Shown: positions 1-10,283 of the stretch, piece after piece
Layout: each line of letters starts with the position of its first letter
Numbering within the stretch: the stretch's first letter is position 1
Assembly: GCA_039803205.1 (NCBI GenBank)
Contig: JBDRYB010000001.1
Coordinates: 23,998 to 87,997 of the forward strand
Length of the DNA: 64,000 nt
Origin: a candidate division WOR-3 bacterium
Lineage (GTDB): Bacteria; Hydrothermota; Hydrothermia; JBDRYB01
Direction: 5' to 3'
Notes under the pieces: model-generated
Databases searched by the model: none
What the model saw: only the letters and a program-made list of their open reading frames with translations
What the model was told of the DNA's origin: nothing
Position numbers and translations under genes: made by a program

Positions 1-140
1 AAGGATGTGTGGTCTAGTTGCATAGTGCCCATATGGCCGTGGGCCAAAGAAAGAAATAAGGGGCAGAGCACGGGCAGAAAGGGCAGGATCCTGACCACCC
101 ACCAGCGCCTAGCCAAGGGAGCAAAATAGCGAATCCGGAA

Positions 141-2438
141 TCAGCCCCGGCCCTTCCAAACATACCCCTTCTTTCTCAGCCCTGTCATGTCCGCATCGGG
201 GCCAAAGCACTCCTCAAAAAGCTCGTGGAAGCTCCCCGAACCTATCTCGTGGACCAACCTTCTGCCCTCAACCGAAAGCCCCCGAACCTCGCTCAGGGGT
301 TCCAATCCCTCAGGGAGCTCATAGATTATCCCCACTATCTCGCCCCAGGCTGGCCTTCTGCCCTCCTCGCACGAGACCAGGCCAAACCCCTCAGGCAGGT
401 AATCTTCAAGCCTCTCCGAAAGCCCCTCATCCTCGCCTTCAATCTCAATGTAAAACATCTCCGCGTCCGAGGCCACCCCAAGAGGTGCTGGTGGGCCAGA
501 GCTCAGGCTCGGCCTCATCACATAGCCCTTCGTGTAGCACATGAAAAAGCCAGCCCTTGATATGGCTCTCGTGAGGACCCTCATGGTGTCGTTGCCGGAC
601 AAAAACCTCGCGGGGCCGTGCTTTGACAAATTTATTACGAAGCCCTTTTTCGGTCTCTCGCTCCCCGTCCCCCGTTTCCCGGTGGTGGATAAAACTGTGT
701 TCGGCTCCGGAAGCCCAAAGCAATACCTCCATCCCTGAGCTAGATATGGCCCGCAGTTGGCGCAAGAACCGCCCCGGCACGATGGGGTTACCTCAGCGCC
801 TATGGCTTTTGCTCTCTCCGAGAGGAGGAAATCCTCTTTTATGCCAGACTCAATTATATTATAAGGAAGAAATGAACCGGGCTCCTTCGGCTTCATGTAA
901 TCTTCAATCACCCTTCCAAATGATTCAAAGGCTCTGAGCCAGGCGCCAGGCCTCATTCCCTCGGTCCAATCATCAAAAAGCGCGCCCTCCCGATATGCCC
1001 CGAGGATCACCTCGCTCAGCTCCTCCCCTCCCCTGGCCAAAACACCTTCCAAAAGCGAGCCAAAGGGGTCCTTCATGGTGAGGCTCAGGTTCCTGGCCCT
1101 TGCTTCTGATTTAACTATACGGAAACGGGCTCTTGCCTCATCCGGGCCTATTTGGGGTTCCCACTGGAATGGGGTAAATGGCCTTGGGACGAATGTCGCG
1201 AACGAGGCCTTTATGTTGAGGGAAGGAAAAGCTCTCGCTATCTTGCGAAGGAAACGGCCTGTCTCCCTGAGATCCTCCTCGGTCTCTGTGGGGAGGCCTA
1301 TCATGAAATAGAGCTTGACATGCTTAACCCTGAAGCGGCTCGCGGCCTCAAGGCTCCTCAGGACCGACTCAGGGGGCACGGACTTGTTTATTACTCTAGC
1401 CAGCCTTTCGGATGCGGTCTCGGGCGCCAGGGTAAATGATGATGTTCTTGAGCCACCTATCAAGGGGAGGATCCTCTCAAGCGCGTCAGCGGGAAGGGAT
1501 GGGAGTGAGATCCTAACCCAGGGGAGATCCTCCCTTATCCGAGAAATAACCTCTTCAAGCCAGGGATACTCAGAGAGGGAAAAACCCGAAAGCCCTATCT
1601 CATCCCAACCTGTTGACATGAGTCCCTCTTTGGCCAGGGATGTCGCATCCTCCGGGTCCCTCAGCCTCAGGGGCCTTGAACAAAAACCCCCTTGACAGAA
1701 TCTGCATCCAGCTAGACAGCCGCGTGTCAGCTCAATCGTCAGCCTGTCGTGGGTTATGGCGATGTTGGGGACAACTGGCCTCCTAGGGAACCGGGGGAGC
1801 TCAGCGAACCTCCTGGCCGTTCCCCGATTGTATCCCGGAACATAAACCCCCCTGATCTTTGCGAGCTCCTTGAGAACCGCATCCCTATCCATATCCCTTC
1901 TGGCCCAAGCCAACAGGGGGCCCTCCATTTCCAGGATCACATCCTCCCCGTCGCCTATAACGAGAGCATCAAAAAACCGAGAGAGCGGGAGGGGATTCGC
2001 GGTGCAAGGGCCGCCGGCTATAACCAGAGGATGCTGGTTTCCCCTATGTTCTGATAAAATGGGTATCCCAGAGAGCTCAAGAACCTTGAGGGCGTTTGTG
2101 TATGTGAGCTCTGTCTGAAGGGTTATGCCCACGACATCAAAATCCAAAACCGGGCTCTTGGTCTCCAGGCTGAAGAGGGGAATCCGCTCAGCCTCCATCA
2201 ATCCAATGGCATCAACCCACGGAAGAAAAGCCCTCTCAGCGCACACCCCTGGCCTCGCGTTCAGCGCCTCGTAAAGGATGGCAAGGCCGAGATTGCTCAT
2301 GCCTATCTCATATGTGTCCGGATAAACGAGGCACCACCGGAGAAACGCTCCCTCTTTTATGGTTGAGTTGAACTCGCCGCCAGTGTAGCGGCCGGGCTTT
2401 TCTAGACGGAGGAGATGGGGATAAAGGGGGTGGATCAA
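141..2438 (-). CDS. radical SAM domain protein with long conserved C-terminal extension (TIGR03960/TIGR03936-like fusion)
   Basis: 765-aa ORF; CxxxCxxC motif (CLAGCRFC); lies downstream of rplQ on the same strand. Confidence 0.6.
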   Translation of the reverse strand: MIHPLYPHLLRLEKPGRYTGGEFNSTIKEGAFLRWCLVYPDTYEIGMSNLGLAILYEALNARPGVCAERAFLPWVDAIGLMEAERIPLFSLETKSPVLDFDVVGITLQTELTYTNALKVLELSGIPILSEHRGNQHPLVIAGGPCTANPLPLSRFFDALVIGDGEDVILEMEGPLLAWARRDMDRDAVLKELAKIRGVYVPGYNRGTARRFAELPRFPRRPVVPNIAITHDRLTIELTRGCLAGCRFCQGGFCSRPLRLRDPEDATSLAKEGLMSTGWDEIGLSGFSLSEYPWLEEVISRIREDLPWVRISLPSLPADALERILPLIGGSRTSSFTLAPETASERLARVINKSVPPESVLRSLEAASRFRVKHVKLYFMIGLPTETEEDLRETGRFLRKIARAFPSLNIKASFATFVPRPFTPFQWEPQIGPDEARARFRIVKSEARARNLSLTMKDPFGSLLEGVLARGGEELSEVILGAYREGALFDDWTEGMRPGAWLRAFESFGRVIEDYMKPKEPGSFLPYNIIESGIKEDFLLSERAKAIGAEVTPSCRGGSCANCGPYLAQGWRYCFGLPEPNTVLSTTGKRGTGSERPKKGFVINLSKHGPARFLSGNDTMRVLTRAISRAGFFMCYTKGYVMRPSLSSGPPAPLGVASDAEMFYIEIEGEDEGLSERLEDYLPEGFGLVSCEEGRRPAWGEIVGIIYELPEGLEPLSEVRGLSVEGRRLVHEIGSGSFHELFEECFGPDADMTGLRKKGYVWKGRG

Positions 2439-2551
2439 GTTAGAGAATAAAAAAGAACCTCTCTGTAGACAAGGGCAACACCTTTTGTCTCAAAAAGAAA
2501 AATGCACGCAAAATCTGGATTCGCGGGCCAGGTTTTTCAACCCAAGAGCAA

Positions 2552-2923
2552 TCATTTCTTCCCTTCCCCAAACTCAACCAGAGATAGAACCGCCATCTCA
2601 GCGCAGTCCCCGCGCCTGGGGCCCAGTTTGACTATCCGGGTGTAGCCTCCTGGCCTATCCCTGTAGAGAGGGGCTATATCAGTGAAGAGCTTGTTGGTCA
2701 AGACCCTGTCCACCAGAAAACGCCTTACCTCCCTCCTGTTGTGAACTGTGTCCTCTTTTGCCGTAGTTATCAAGCGCTCAGCGATCCGCCCGGCCGCCCG
2801 GGCCCTTGTCAGGGTTGTCTCCACCCTACCGCTCAGGAAAAGCCCCCTAACTATATTTCTCAGAATGGCCTTCCGGTGCTCCGGCTCCCTGTTGAGCTTA
2901 ATAACACGCTTGCGGTGCCTCAA
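2552..2923 (-). CDS. rplQ: 50S ribosomal protein L17
   Basis: 123-aa translation has the typical L17 N-terminus (MRHRKRVIKLNR...); position after rpoA. Confidence 0.95.
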   Translation of the reverse strand: MRHRKRVIKLNREPEHRKAILRNIVRGLFLSGRVETTLTRARAAGRIAERLITTAKEDTVHNRREVRRFLVDRVLTNKLFTDIAPLYRDRPGGYTRIVKLGPRRGDCAEMAVLSLVEFGEGKK

Positions 2924-3939
2924 AGCTCCTCCTCCTTCATAACCTCTGAGAGGTCCATGCCGAAATCGAGTCCAAACTTCTCAAGGACCTCCCTTATCTC
3001 CTTGAGGGACTTCTCGCCAAAGTTTTTCACCTTTAGCATCTCCTTAGCGGTTTTGGCAACAAGGTCCCCTATGGTGACGAAGCCCGCTTCCTTTAGGCAG
3101 GTAAGGGTTCTCTTCTGGAGCTCCAGGGATTCAATCGGCTCCGAGATGATGGCCCTGATGCGTTGGCGCTGTTCAAACCTGAGCCTCCGTTCCTCATATG
3201 AGGGCAGAGGCGGAGCCTCCAGTCTTATCTGTAATTTCTCGGCCAATTTTCCAAATATCTCCAAGGCCTCAGCGAGGACATCGTCCGGACGCCTCGTCCC
3301 ATCAGTCCATATCTCCAGGTTCAGCTTCTCTTTGTCCATCGCGGCCTTCACCCGAACATTCTCCACGGAGTAATTAACCCTCTTTACGGGATTGAAAAGC
3401 CCGTCAAGGAACAAGGTGCCGGCCGGGAAGCTCTCCCTGAGGGAGTCAGGATAGCCTTCAACGGGGACAAAACCGAGACCACGAATAGCCGTTAGCTCAG
3501 CGTATATCTCTTCATCCTTTAGCTGGCCCGTAATGGAAAAAAGGTATTCCTCTGGGTTGACTATCTTCACGCCCGGAGGAAGTTCTATGGCCTCTGCCCT
3601 GACCTCGCCCTTGCCCTTTGCTCTCAGATACAATTCCTGTCTATCATCCGCCTTGGGATCGAAAGCGAGCCGAACGCGCTTGAGGTTGAGAAGGATGATT
3701 GGAATCTCCTCCAAAACGCCTGGGATGGTTGAAAACTCGTGAAATACATCCTTTATCCGGACGGCAACTATAGCGGCTCCACTAATAGAGGAAAGAAGGA
3801 TGCGTCTCAGCGAATTGCCGACCGTATATCCATACCCCCTTTCTAGTGGGGATATGACAAACCTACCGTAACGGTCCTCAACCCTCTCCGCGTGAAAACC
3901 AACGGGCAGGACCAGCTCAAACATCTCTGTTTTTTTCAT
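2920..3939 (-). CDS. rpoA: DNA-directed RNA polymerase subunit alpha
   Basis: 339-aa translation with conserved alpha N-terminal domain and C-terminal domain; sits in the alpha operon. Confidence 0.95.
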   Translation of the reverse strand: MKKTEMFELVLPVGFHAERVEDRYGRFVISPLERGYGYTVGNSLRRILLSSISGAAIVAVRIKDVFHEFSTIPGVLEEIPIILLNLKRVRLAFDPKADDRQELYLRAKGKGEVRAEAIELPPGVKIVNPEEYLFSITGQLKDEEIYAELTAIRGLGFVPVEGYPDSLRESFPAGTLFLDGLFNPVKRVNYSVENVRVKAAMDKEKLNLEIWTDGTRRPDDVLAEALEIFGKLAEKLQIRLEAPPLPSYEERRLRFEQRQRIRAIISEPIESLELQKRTLTCLKEAGFVTIGDLVAKTAKEMLKVKNFGEKSLKEIREVLEKFGLDFGMDLSEVMKEEEL

Positions 3940-4565
3940 CGCGAGTAAAACTCCACTATGTGCCTTTCCGTTATTGGATGGGTAATATCTATCCTGGTGG
4001 GCAGATCTACGAGCGTTCCCGTAAAGGGCTCGGGTTTGCTGAGCCAGGAGGGCAAGGCTGATGATGATACCGAACTCACAGCTGATGCGACCTCCGGATT
4101 GGAAATGAAATCCTCATCAACCGAGACCCTATCCCCTTTCTTTAGGATTAAGGAGGGAATGTTAACCTTTCTGCCATTAACCCGTATGTGGCCGTGAGAA
4201 ACGAATTGCCTGGCCTGGACTCTTGACTTTGCAAAACCCAGACGGAAGACCACATTATCCAGACGCCTTTCAAGGAGAGAAAGAAAATTCTCGCCAGTGT
4301 TGCCTGGCAACCGGGAAGCAACAAGGTAATAGCGCCGGAATTGACGCTCTCCGACCCCATATATTCTCTTTACCTTCTGCTTTTCGCGCAGTTGGATTCC
4401 GTAGATGGACATCTTGCGGCCCTTTCTTCGGAAGCCATGCATTCCCGGTGGATAAGGCCTTTTTTCATACGGACACTTTCCGCCAATGCATTTTTCTCCT
4501 TTCAGAAAGAGCTTCTCTCCCTCTCGTCTGCACAACCTGCATTTTGGTCCAGTATAGCGTGCCAT
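3936..4565 (-). CDS. rpsD: 30S ribosomal protein S4
   Basis: 209 aa, MARYTGPKCRLCRREG N-terminus with zinc-ribbon cysteines. Confidence 0.95.
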   Translation of the reverse strand: MARYTGPKCRLCRREGEKLFLKGEKCIGGKCPYEKRPYPPGMHGFRRKGRKMSIYGIQLREKQKVKRIYGVGERQFRRYYLVASRLPGNTGENFLSLLERRLDNVVFRLGFAKSRVQARQFVSHGHIRVNGRKVNIPSLILKKGDRVSVDEDFISNPEVASAVSSVSSSALPSWLSKPEPFTGTLVDLPTRIDITHPITERHIVEFYSR

Positions 4566-4566
4566 C

Positions 4567-4968
4567 TTACATGCGTCTCCTCTTTGGGGGCCTACAACCG
4601 TTGTGGGGGATAGGTGTTACATCTTTTATGGCAAAAACAGTGAGTCCAGCGGCTCCCACAGCTCTCACTGCGGCTTCCCTTCCAGGCCCAGGGCCCTTAA
4701 CCCTTATCTCTACTTTTTCTATGCCGAGGTTTTTTGCTTCTCGGGCCGCTGATTCCGCGGCCCTGGAAGCGGCAAATGGGGTTCCCTTTCGGGTTCCGGT
4801 GAATCCAAGGGTTCCGGCCGATGACCAAGTTATGACATTTCCGTGGTTGTCGGTGACTGTGACTATGGTGTTGTTGAAGGTTGAGTGTATGTGGACAATA
4901 CCAACATTGTCAGCCCTTTTGGCCTTCCTCCTGTGCGCCGCAGAACGTGCTCTGTCTCTCCTTGCCAC
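4567..4968 (-). CDS. rpsK: 30S ribosomal protein S11
   Basis: 133 aa, conserved S11 core ([17 protein letters not shown]). Confidence 0.95.
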   Translation of the reverse strand: MARRDRARSAAHRRKAKRADNVGIVHIHSTFNNTIVTVTDNHGNVITWSSAGTLGFTGTRKGTPFAASRAAESAAREAKNLGIEKVEIRVKGPGPGREAAVRAVGAAGLTVFAIKDVTPIPHNGCRPPKRRRM

Positions 4969-4970
4969 GG

Positions 4971-5342
4971 TTACCTCTTTTTGGTTTTCTTGAATATGTT
5001 ACCATGGGGGCCCTTGCGCGTCCGCGCGTTGGACCTCGTTCTCTGACCGCGAACGGGCAAGCCCTGCTTGTGCCTGAGGCCCCTGTAGCACTCAATGTCC
5101 GTCAAACGCTTGATGTTCTGACTGATCTCCGTTCGCAGAGCGCCCTCTATTTTATAAGCTTCTATGGCTCTTCTGAGCGCCTGAACTTCGTCATCCGTGA
5201 GGTCTTTCACCCTCTTGGCTGGGTCTATTCCTTCCCTTGCCAATAACATAAGGGCTCGGGAGCGACCTATTCCAAAGATGTGGGTCAAACCCACATCAAC
5301 TCTTTTGTTCTTCGGCAAATCAACGCCGCCTATCCTCGCCAT
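4971..5342 (-). CDS. rpsM: 30S ribosomal protein S13
   Basis: 123 aa, [11 protein letters not shown]-terminus. Confidence 0.95.
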   Translation of the reverse strand: MARIGGVDLPKNKRVDVGLTHIFGIGRSRALMLLAREGIDPAKRVKDLTDDEVQALRRAIEAYKIEGALRTEISQNIKRLTDIECYRGLRHKQGLPVRGQRTRSNARTRKGPHGNIFKKTKKR

Positions 5343-5345
5343 AAG

Positions 5346-5459
5346 CTAACCCTGTCTTTGCTTGTGCTTGGGGTTATTGCAGATAACCCTAACCCTTCCC
5401 CGGCGCCTTATTATTCTGCACCGAGGACACATCTTCTTTACCGAAGCCCTTACCTTCAT
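5346..5459 (-). CDS. rpmJ: 50S ribosomal protein L36
   Basis: Not in the ORF track (below its size cut-off); manual minus-strand translation gives [37 protein letters not shown], a classic L36 zinc ribbon, immediately upstream of rpsM. Confidence 0.85.
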   Translation of the reverse strand: MKVRASVKKMCPRCRIIRRRGRVRVICNNPKHKQRQG

Positions 5460-5628
5460 AAAATACTCCTATACCCTTTAACTGGGGCCGAAGATTATAA
5501 GGCAAACCCCAGGGAGGGATCAAGTTTTACAGCGCAATCCGTTCACGAGGTCTGGTTGCCCGGAGAAATAAATGGTTGGCCAGAATTGGTTGCCCCAGTT
5601 TGTCCTCCGGCCTTATCCTTTGTTACGC

Positions 5629-6198
5629 ATGAAAAGGATCGTCGTGATGGGTTCTGGAAATGGTAGCAATTTCCAAGCCATAGCGGAGTATATCAGGGAT
5701 AAAGGCCTCCCCATAGAAATATCCGCGATGATAACCGATAACCCCAAGGCATTCATAATAGAGAGGGCCAAAAACCTGGGGATTCAAGCGAAAGTGCTTG
5801 ACTACAAGTCCATAGGTGACAAGGCTCTCTACAACAGAATGCTCCTTGACCTCCTCCTGGAGCTTACGCCTGATCTCGTGGTCTTGGCTGGCTACATGCG
5901 TATCCTTCCACCTGAGATAGTAAAGGCTTTCAGGGGCAAGATCATCAACATACACCCCGCACTCTTGCCGTCTTTCCCTGGGCTTCACGCTATAGAACAG
6001 GCCTGGTCTCACGGGGTAAAGGTAACCGGCGTCACGGTCCACTATGTAGATGAGGGCGTTGACACGGGCCCAATAATAGACCAGGTTCCTGTCAGAATAG
6101 AGCCGGGAGATACCCTTGAGAGCCTTGAAGCAAAGATACACGAGGCAGAACATGAGCTATACCCAAAGGTCATCCAGAGAATCCTCCTGGGCGATTAG
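5629..6198 (+). CDS. purN: phosphoribosylglycinamide formyltransferase
   Basis: MKRIVVMGSGNGSNFQA N-terminus and formyltransferase core; start chosen at internal ATG 5629 rather than the track start. Confidence 0.85.
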   Translation: MKRIVVMGSGNGSNFQAIAEYIRDKGLPIEISAMITDNPKAFIIERAKNLGIQAKVLDYKSIGDKALYNRMLLDLLLELTPDLVVLAGYMRILPPEIVKAFRGKIINIHPALLPSFPGLHAIEQAWSHGVKVTGVTVHYVDEGVDTGPIIDQVPVRIEPGDTLESLEAKIHEAEHELYPKVIQRILLGD

Positions 6199-6676
6199 GG
6201 TCATATCAAGCTCCCCGGACAGAACCCGTGAAATAGGGGGATTGTTGACGGGTTTTGTGGTTCCAGGAACCTTTATTGCGCTCTTTGGCGCCCTGGGCAC
6301 CGGCAAGACGGAGCTCGTTAGGGGTTTTGTGGAGAGCTTGGGCCTTGCGGGAGTAAAAAGCCCTAGTTTCACCATCGCGAACATCTACGAAAAGAACGGG
6401 CTGAAGGTCTATCACTTTGACCTCTACAGGCTTCATGGCCCGGTTGACGCTGAGGAAACAGGGCTTCTGGACGCCCTGGCCCAGAAGGATGGCTTTATCT
6501 TCATGGAGTGGGCGGATAACGCTGATTGGCTCCCGCCTGAGCGGCTTGATGTTGCTCTAACCCACATGAGGGAACGGGAAAGGGCAATAGAGTTGATCAG
6601 CTACCTGGATTGGTTTGATGGGGAGGGCTTTACGGCCGCGCTGAACGAGCGCGGCTTCAGGTATGAGATTTATTGA
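6152..6676 (+). CDS. tsaE: tRNA threonylcarbamoyladenosine biosynthesis protein TsaE (P-loop ATPase)
   Basis: Walker A GALGTGKT, about 170 aa; start uncertain, overlaps the purN end. Confidence 0.75.
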   Translation: MSYTQRSSRESSWAIRVISSSPDRTREIGGLLTGFVVPGTFIALFGALGTGKTELVRGFVESLGLAGVKSPSFTIANIYEKNGLKVYHFDLYRLHGPVDAEETGLLDALAQKDGFIFMEWADNADWLPPERLDVALTHMRERERAIELISYLDWFDGEGFTAALNERGFRYEIY

Positions 6677-8411
6677 TCTGGGCCTCACGATCGTCCTGGG
6701 CCTCACGGGTTGCTTTCTGTCCGGCTCCCCCTCCTTTTCCTCAGCATTCCAGTCAGCTCTCTTCTTTCTTACGGTTCTCGCGGCGCTCAGCCTTGCAAGA
6801 AGCGCAATGAGGGTTCCCGGAAAGCCGAATCCCTTGGCATTGGCGCCCCTTCTGGTTTGGCCCCATCTTTTCGCGGCATCAGGGCATATGAACATCAGCT
6901 GGGCGGGGTTGCTCGCGATCGTGGGGTTTGGCCTAACGGTTTTCCTGGACAGCTCTCGTAGGGGATGGAAAAGGGCCTCCGCGGTTGCGGCTGTTTCATG
7001 CATCATGCCAGCCATTGGTTGGTTCATCTATCACGCGATCCCCCCGGCTGGCCCTAACCTCCTTTCCGACACGGCCGTATTCAGACTAGGGGCGATGGCC
7101 GCAGCGGCAACCATTCTGCTTTTGGTTCAAAAGGACCAAACCGCGTCCTTGTTTGATCCCAGGGGAATATCCCTCGCTGGGGCTGTGGTTCTCGGTTTCT
7201 CTTTGGGGTTCAGGTTCCTCTCCGGCATATACATATCTGTAAACTCGCTGGATTACCTCGCGCTCCTCGTTCCGCTCCTAGCCGCGATCTTCGCTGGGGT
7301 ATTCGCGAGGACGAGAAACCCTGCTCACCTCGCGCTTTCACTTGCTTGGGTTGGAATCATGGGCCCTCTTGGGTTCGCTCTGATGGCAGGGCCGGGCCTC
7401 GCTTTGATGCTCCTGGGAAGGGATAAAAGCGCTCCGGCGGCATTCGCCCTTGGAAGTGGGGCCCTCGTCTACCTGGGAGCGCTTCCTTGGGCAAAGGACG
7501 GGGTTATTGGATTCGTGCCCCCAGGCCTCGCGATCGGCCTCGCCACCTTGTTTTTCGCGGTGGCTTTCGCTAGGGCCCTGGATAACCGCTGGGCAAGAGC
7601 GATCACGAGCGCTCTCGGATACCTGATCCTCGCGGCCTTCATCCGGAGCCTACCCGCATTTACGCTCTCAGCGATCTTTGGGACCTCGGGCTTTCTCGTC
7701 GCGCTTCTCAGGCCCAGGTATATGTGGTGGCTTTTGGGTCTATTCACGCTACTACTCTCCGGACTAAGTTTCGTCTCGCCCTGGAGCCTCAGAGAGAGGC
7801 CGGAGGGCTTAGAAACAGCGCTCAGGGGCCGGGAGCTCTTCAGGGTCCGGGATTATTCGGGGGCGCTTGATGCGCTCTCGCGCTCCGCAATAGGGCCAAC
7901 AGACTGTTTAATGGCCGCAAAAGCCGCTTCTCTGTGCGGACATGACCCATCATTCCTTTATGAAAGCGGCATATCGCGCTTTCCACGGGATAAGGGTCTT
8001 TACCTCTCATACCTGAGGCATCTCTATGCCAAGGGCCACGAGGCAAGGCTGATCCTCTGGGCGAGAAAGGCGCTCACGACGGGAATAGTTGATCCCTTTG
8101 TTCTCAGGGCCCTGGGCAAAGGGCTCCTCATATCAGGGCAATACACCGAGGGAGCGCAGGCGTTCTTCAGTCAGTTCCTCCTGGGCGACCCGGACGGCCT
8201 GCTATATCTCGCTGACATATACCAGAAACCTGAGCTCTTCAAAGAAGCGGAGCTCCGGGGCGCTAACTTCGCTGAGGTCTACCGAGACCTGGTCCAGATA
8301 CACCTTATGAGGGGAGACGAGAATAGGGCTGTTTATTACCTGGATGCTTTGTTGGCCTCGTATCCGGAGGACACGGGGCTCAGATCCCTCAGAGAGAGGC
8401 TGAAGCGTTGA
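6663..8411 (+). CDS. polytopic membrane protein with C-terminal TPR-like region
   Basis: 582 aa; about 10 hydrophobic segments in the first 370 aa, then a helical repeat region; function unknown. Confidence 0.5.
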   Translation: MRFIDLGLTIVLGLTGCFLSGSPSFSSAFQSALFFLTVLAALSLARSAMRVPGKPNPLALAPLLVWPHLFAASGHMNISWAGLLAIVGFGLTVFLDSSRRGWKRASAVAAVSCIMPAIGWFIYHAIPPAGPNLLSDTAVFRLGAMAAAATILLLVQKDQTASLFDPRGISLAGAVVLGFSLGFRFLSGIYISVNSLDYLALLVPLLAAIFAGVFARTRNPAHLALSLAWVGIMGPLGFALMAGPGLALMLLGRDKSAPAAFALGSGALVYLGALPWAKDGVIGFVPPGLAIGLATLFFAVAFARALDNRWARAITSALGYLILAAFIRSLPAFTLSAIFGTSGFLVALLRPRYMWWLLGLFTLLLSGLSFVSPWSLRERPEGLETALRGRELFRVRDYSGALDALSRSAIGPTDCLMAAKAASLCGHDPSFLYESGISRFPRDKGLYLSYLRHLYAKGHEARLILWARKALTTGIVDPFVLRALGKGLLISGQYTEGAQAFFSQFLLGDPDGLLYLADIYQKPELFKEAELRGANFAEVYRDLVQIHLMRGDENRAVYYLDALLASYPEDTGLRSLRERLKR

Positions 8412-8483
8412 TCTGCCCGGAGAAGTTGTGGCGGCCTCTGACCAACCTGGAAAGCCTGTCCTGGGTTGCTTTATAATCTAGAT

Positions 8484-10283
8484 ATGAGAGCCCTCCTGTT
8501 GATCCCTTGGGGTTGTGGGCTTATCCTTGCCCAGGAGAAGATCCTGATCCCCATGGATGCCTCTCAAACAGACCATCTCAGAGCATATGGTGTTGCCTAC
8601 AGGACACTGGCAAGGGGGGTTAATGTTGAGTGGCTTTTGAACTGGGAAGGGGGGAGCTTCATGTGCGATCACAACAAGGCTACAGCGGCCGAGTGCGATT
8701 CCCTCGGGGTTTTATATAGGGTAATATCCCCGTCCGAGGCCTCATCCATACACGCGCGGATAGAGGAGGCGAACGCGAACGCGGTTCTTCTTGAAAAGGC
8801 ACCCAGGGTAGCGGTCTACATCCCGCCATACGAGGAACCATGGGACGATGCAGTTTCCCTTGCTCTTGAATACGCTGGAATACCCTATGACAGGATATGG
8901 GACAGGGAGGTTCTCTCGGGCCAGCTCAGGAAATACGACTGGCTTCACCTTCATCACGAGGACTTCACGGGCCAGTATGGCAAGTTCTATGGTTCATACC
9001 GAAACGCTCCGTGGTATCTTCAACAGGTTGAGATAAACGAGGCGATCGCGAAGGAGCTGGGATACCCCAATGTCCCTGAGGAAAAAAAGGCAGTCGCGAG
9101 GGCAATAAGGGAATATGTATCGGGGGGAGGGTTTCTGTTCGCGATGTGCTCGGGGCCCATTACCATGGACATAGCGCTTGCCGCGGAGGGCATTGACATC
9201 ACCGAGGAGGTGTATGACGGGGATCCGCCTGACCCGGATTTCCAATCAAGGCTTGATTTCAGCAAGGCCATGGCTCTCAAGGACGCGCGGCTCATAACCA
9301 GCCCATACATATACGAGCACTCAGATGTTGATGTAACACGGGAGGCGAGTCTGAGGGGCGAAAATACATATTTCAGCCTCTTTGAGTTCTCAGCGAAATT
9401 TGACCCCGTGCCCACCATGCTCACCCAGGACCACACTGGGGTTGTCAAGGAGTTCATGGGCCAGGATACGGGTTTCCGGAAGGACAAGCTTAAGCCAGAA
9501 GTGGTCGTAATGGGCCAGGTGGAGGGAACCGAGGAGGCAAAATACATATACGGGGCCTACGGAAAGGGCTTCTTCAGCTTTCTCGGAGGCCATGACCCTG
9601 AGGACTACCAGCACATGGTAGGCGACCCCCCGACGGACCTCAGACTCCACAGAAACAGCCCAGGCTACAGGCTCATACTCAACAATGTGCTTTTCCCAGC
9701 GGCCAAAAGGGAAAAATTAAAGACATCGGCGCCCGGATGGGGTTTTGCTCTGGTTGGTGGGCCGAGATACACGACCGCGGCTGGGCATGAATCGCCGGGC
9801 CTGTCCTGGGAAATAAGCGCGCTTGGACTCATGGGAATCTCCGCGGGACTAACGAGCGGCCTTGGTTTCGGATTATCATGGTTTGATAGCAGGTCAGGGG
9901 ATCTTCCGAATGGGGGCTGCGGCGAGGGTTACCTGGGGAAAGGTTTCAACGGAAGGCTCACTCTTATATGGGATCCCATGGCTGAAAGGATCTCGCAAAC
10001 CATCAGGCCACGGCTTACAGCAGAGGCTATCCTTTTCGGCATCCATTACCGCTATGAAGAAAGGGGTGCAGGTGGAACCCGTGTCTCTCCATGCACCTGG
10101 CGCGTTTTGCCTGTCATCCAGATGAGCGCTGGAGCGACCCTGGGGCCTCATCTGCAGATTGATCTTTCTGTTGCGACCGGGGCGGCCGCGCCAGGAGTCC
10201 ATCCCGGTGAAACAATCGGTTATCCGGCATACCCGTGGTCCTTTGCCCTTACCAGCAGGCTCTGGTCCCAAAAACGCGCATGA
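8484..10283 (+). CDS. secreted hypothetical protein (possible amidotransferase-like fold, possible C-terminal beta-rich domain)
   Basis: Signal-peptide-like N-terminus (MRALLLIPWGCGLILA); GGGFLFAMCSGP motif; stop overlaps the start of the next radical SAM gene. Confidence 0.5.
   Translation: MRALLLIPWGCGLILAQEKILIPMDASQTDHLRAYGVAYRTLARGVNVEWLLNWEGGSFMCDHNKATAAECDSLGVLYRVISPSEASSIHARIEEANANAVLLEKAPRVAVYIPPYEEPWDDAVSLALEYAGIPYDRIWDREVLSGQLRKYDWLHLHHEDFTGQYGKFYGSYRNAPWYLQQVEINEAIAKELGYPNVPEEKKAVARAIREYVSGGGFLFAMCSGPITMDIALAAEGIDITEEVYDGDPPDPDFQSRLDFSKAMALKDARLITSPYIYEHSDVDVTREASLRGENTYFSLFEFSAKFDPVPTMLTQDHTGVVKEFMGQDTGFRKDKLKPEVVVMGQVEGTEEAKYIYGAYGKGFFSFLGGHDPEDYQHMVGDPPTDLRLHRNSPGYRLILNNVLFPAAKREKLKTSAPGWGFALVGGPRYTTAAGHESPGLSWEISALGLMGISAGLTSGLGFGLSWFDSRSGDLPNGGCGEGYLGKGFNGRLTLIWDPMAERISQTIRPRLTAEAILFGIHYRYEERGAGGTRVSPCTWRVLPVIQMSAGATLGPHLQIDLSVATGAAAPGVHPGETIGYPAYPWSFALTSRLWSQKRA

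Noticed and set aside
4223-4993. 256-aa plus-strand ORF across rpsD/rpsK
   Set aside because: Antisense to two highly conserved ribosomal protein genes; a typical high-GC spurious ORF.
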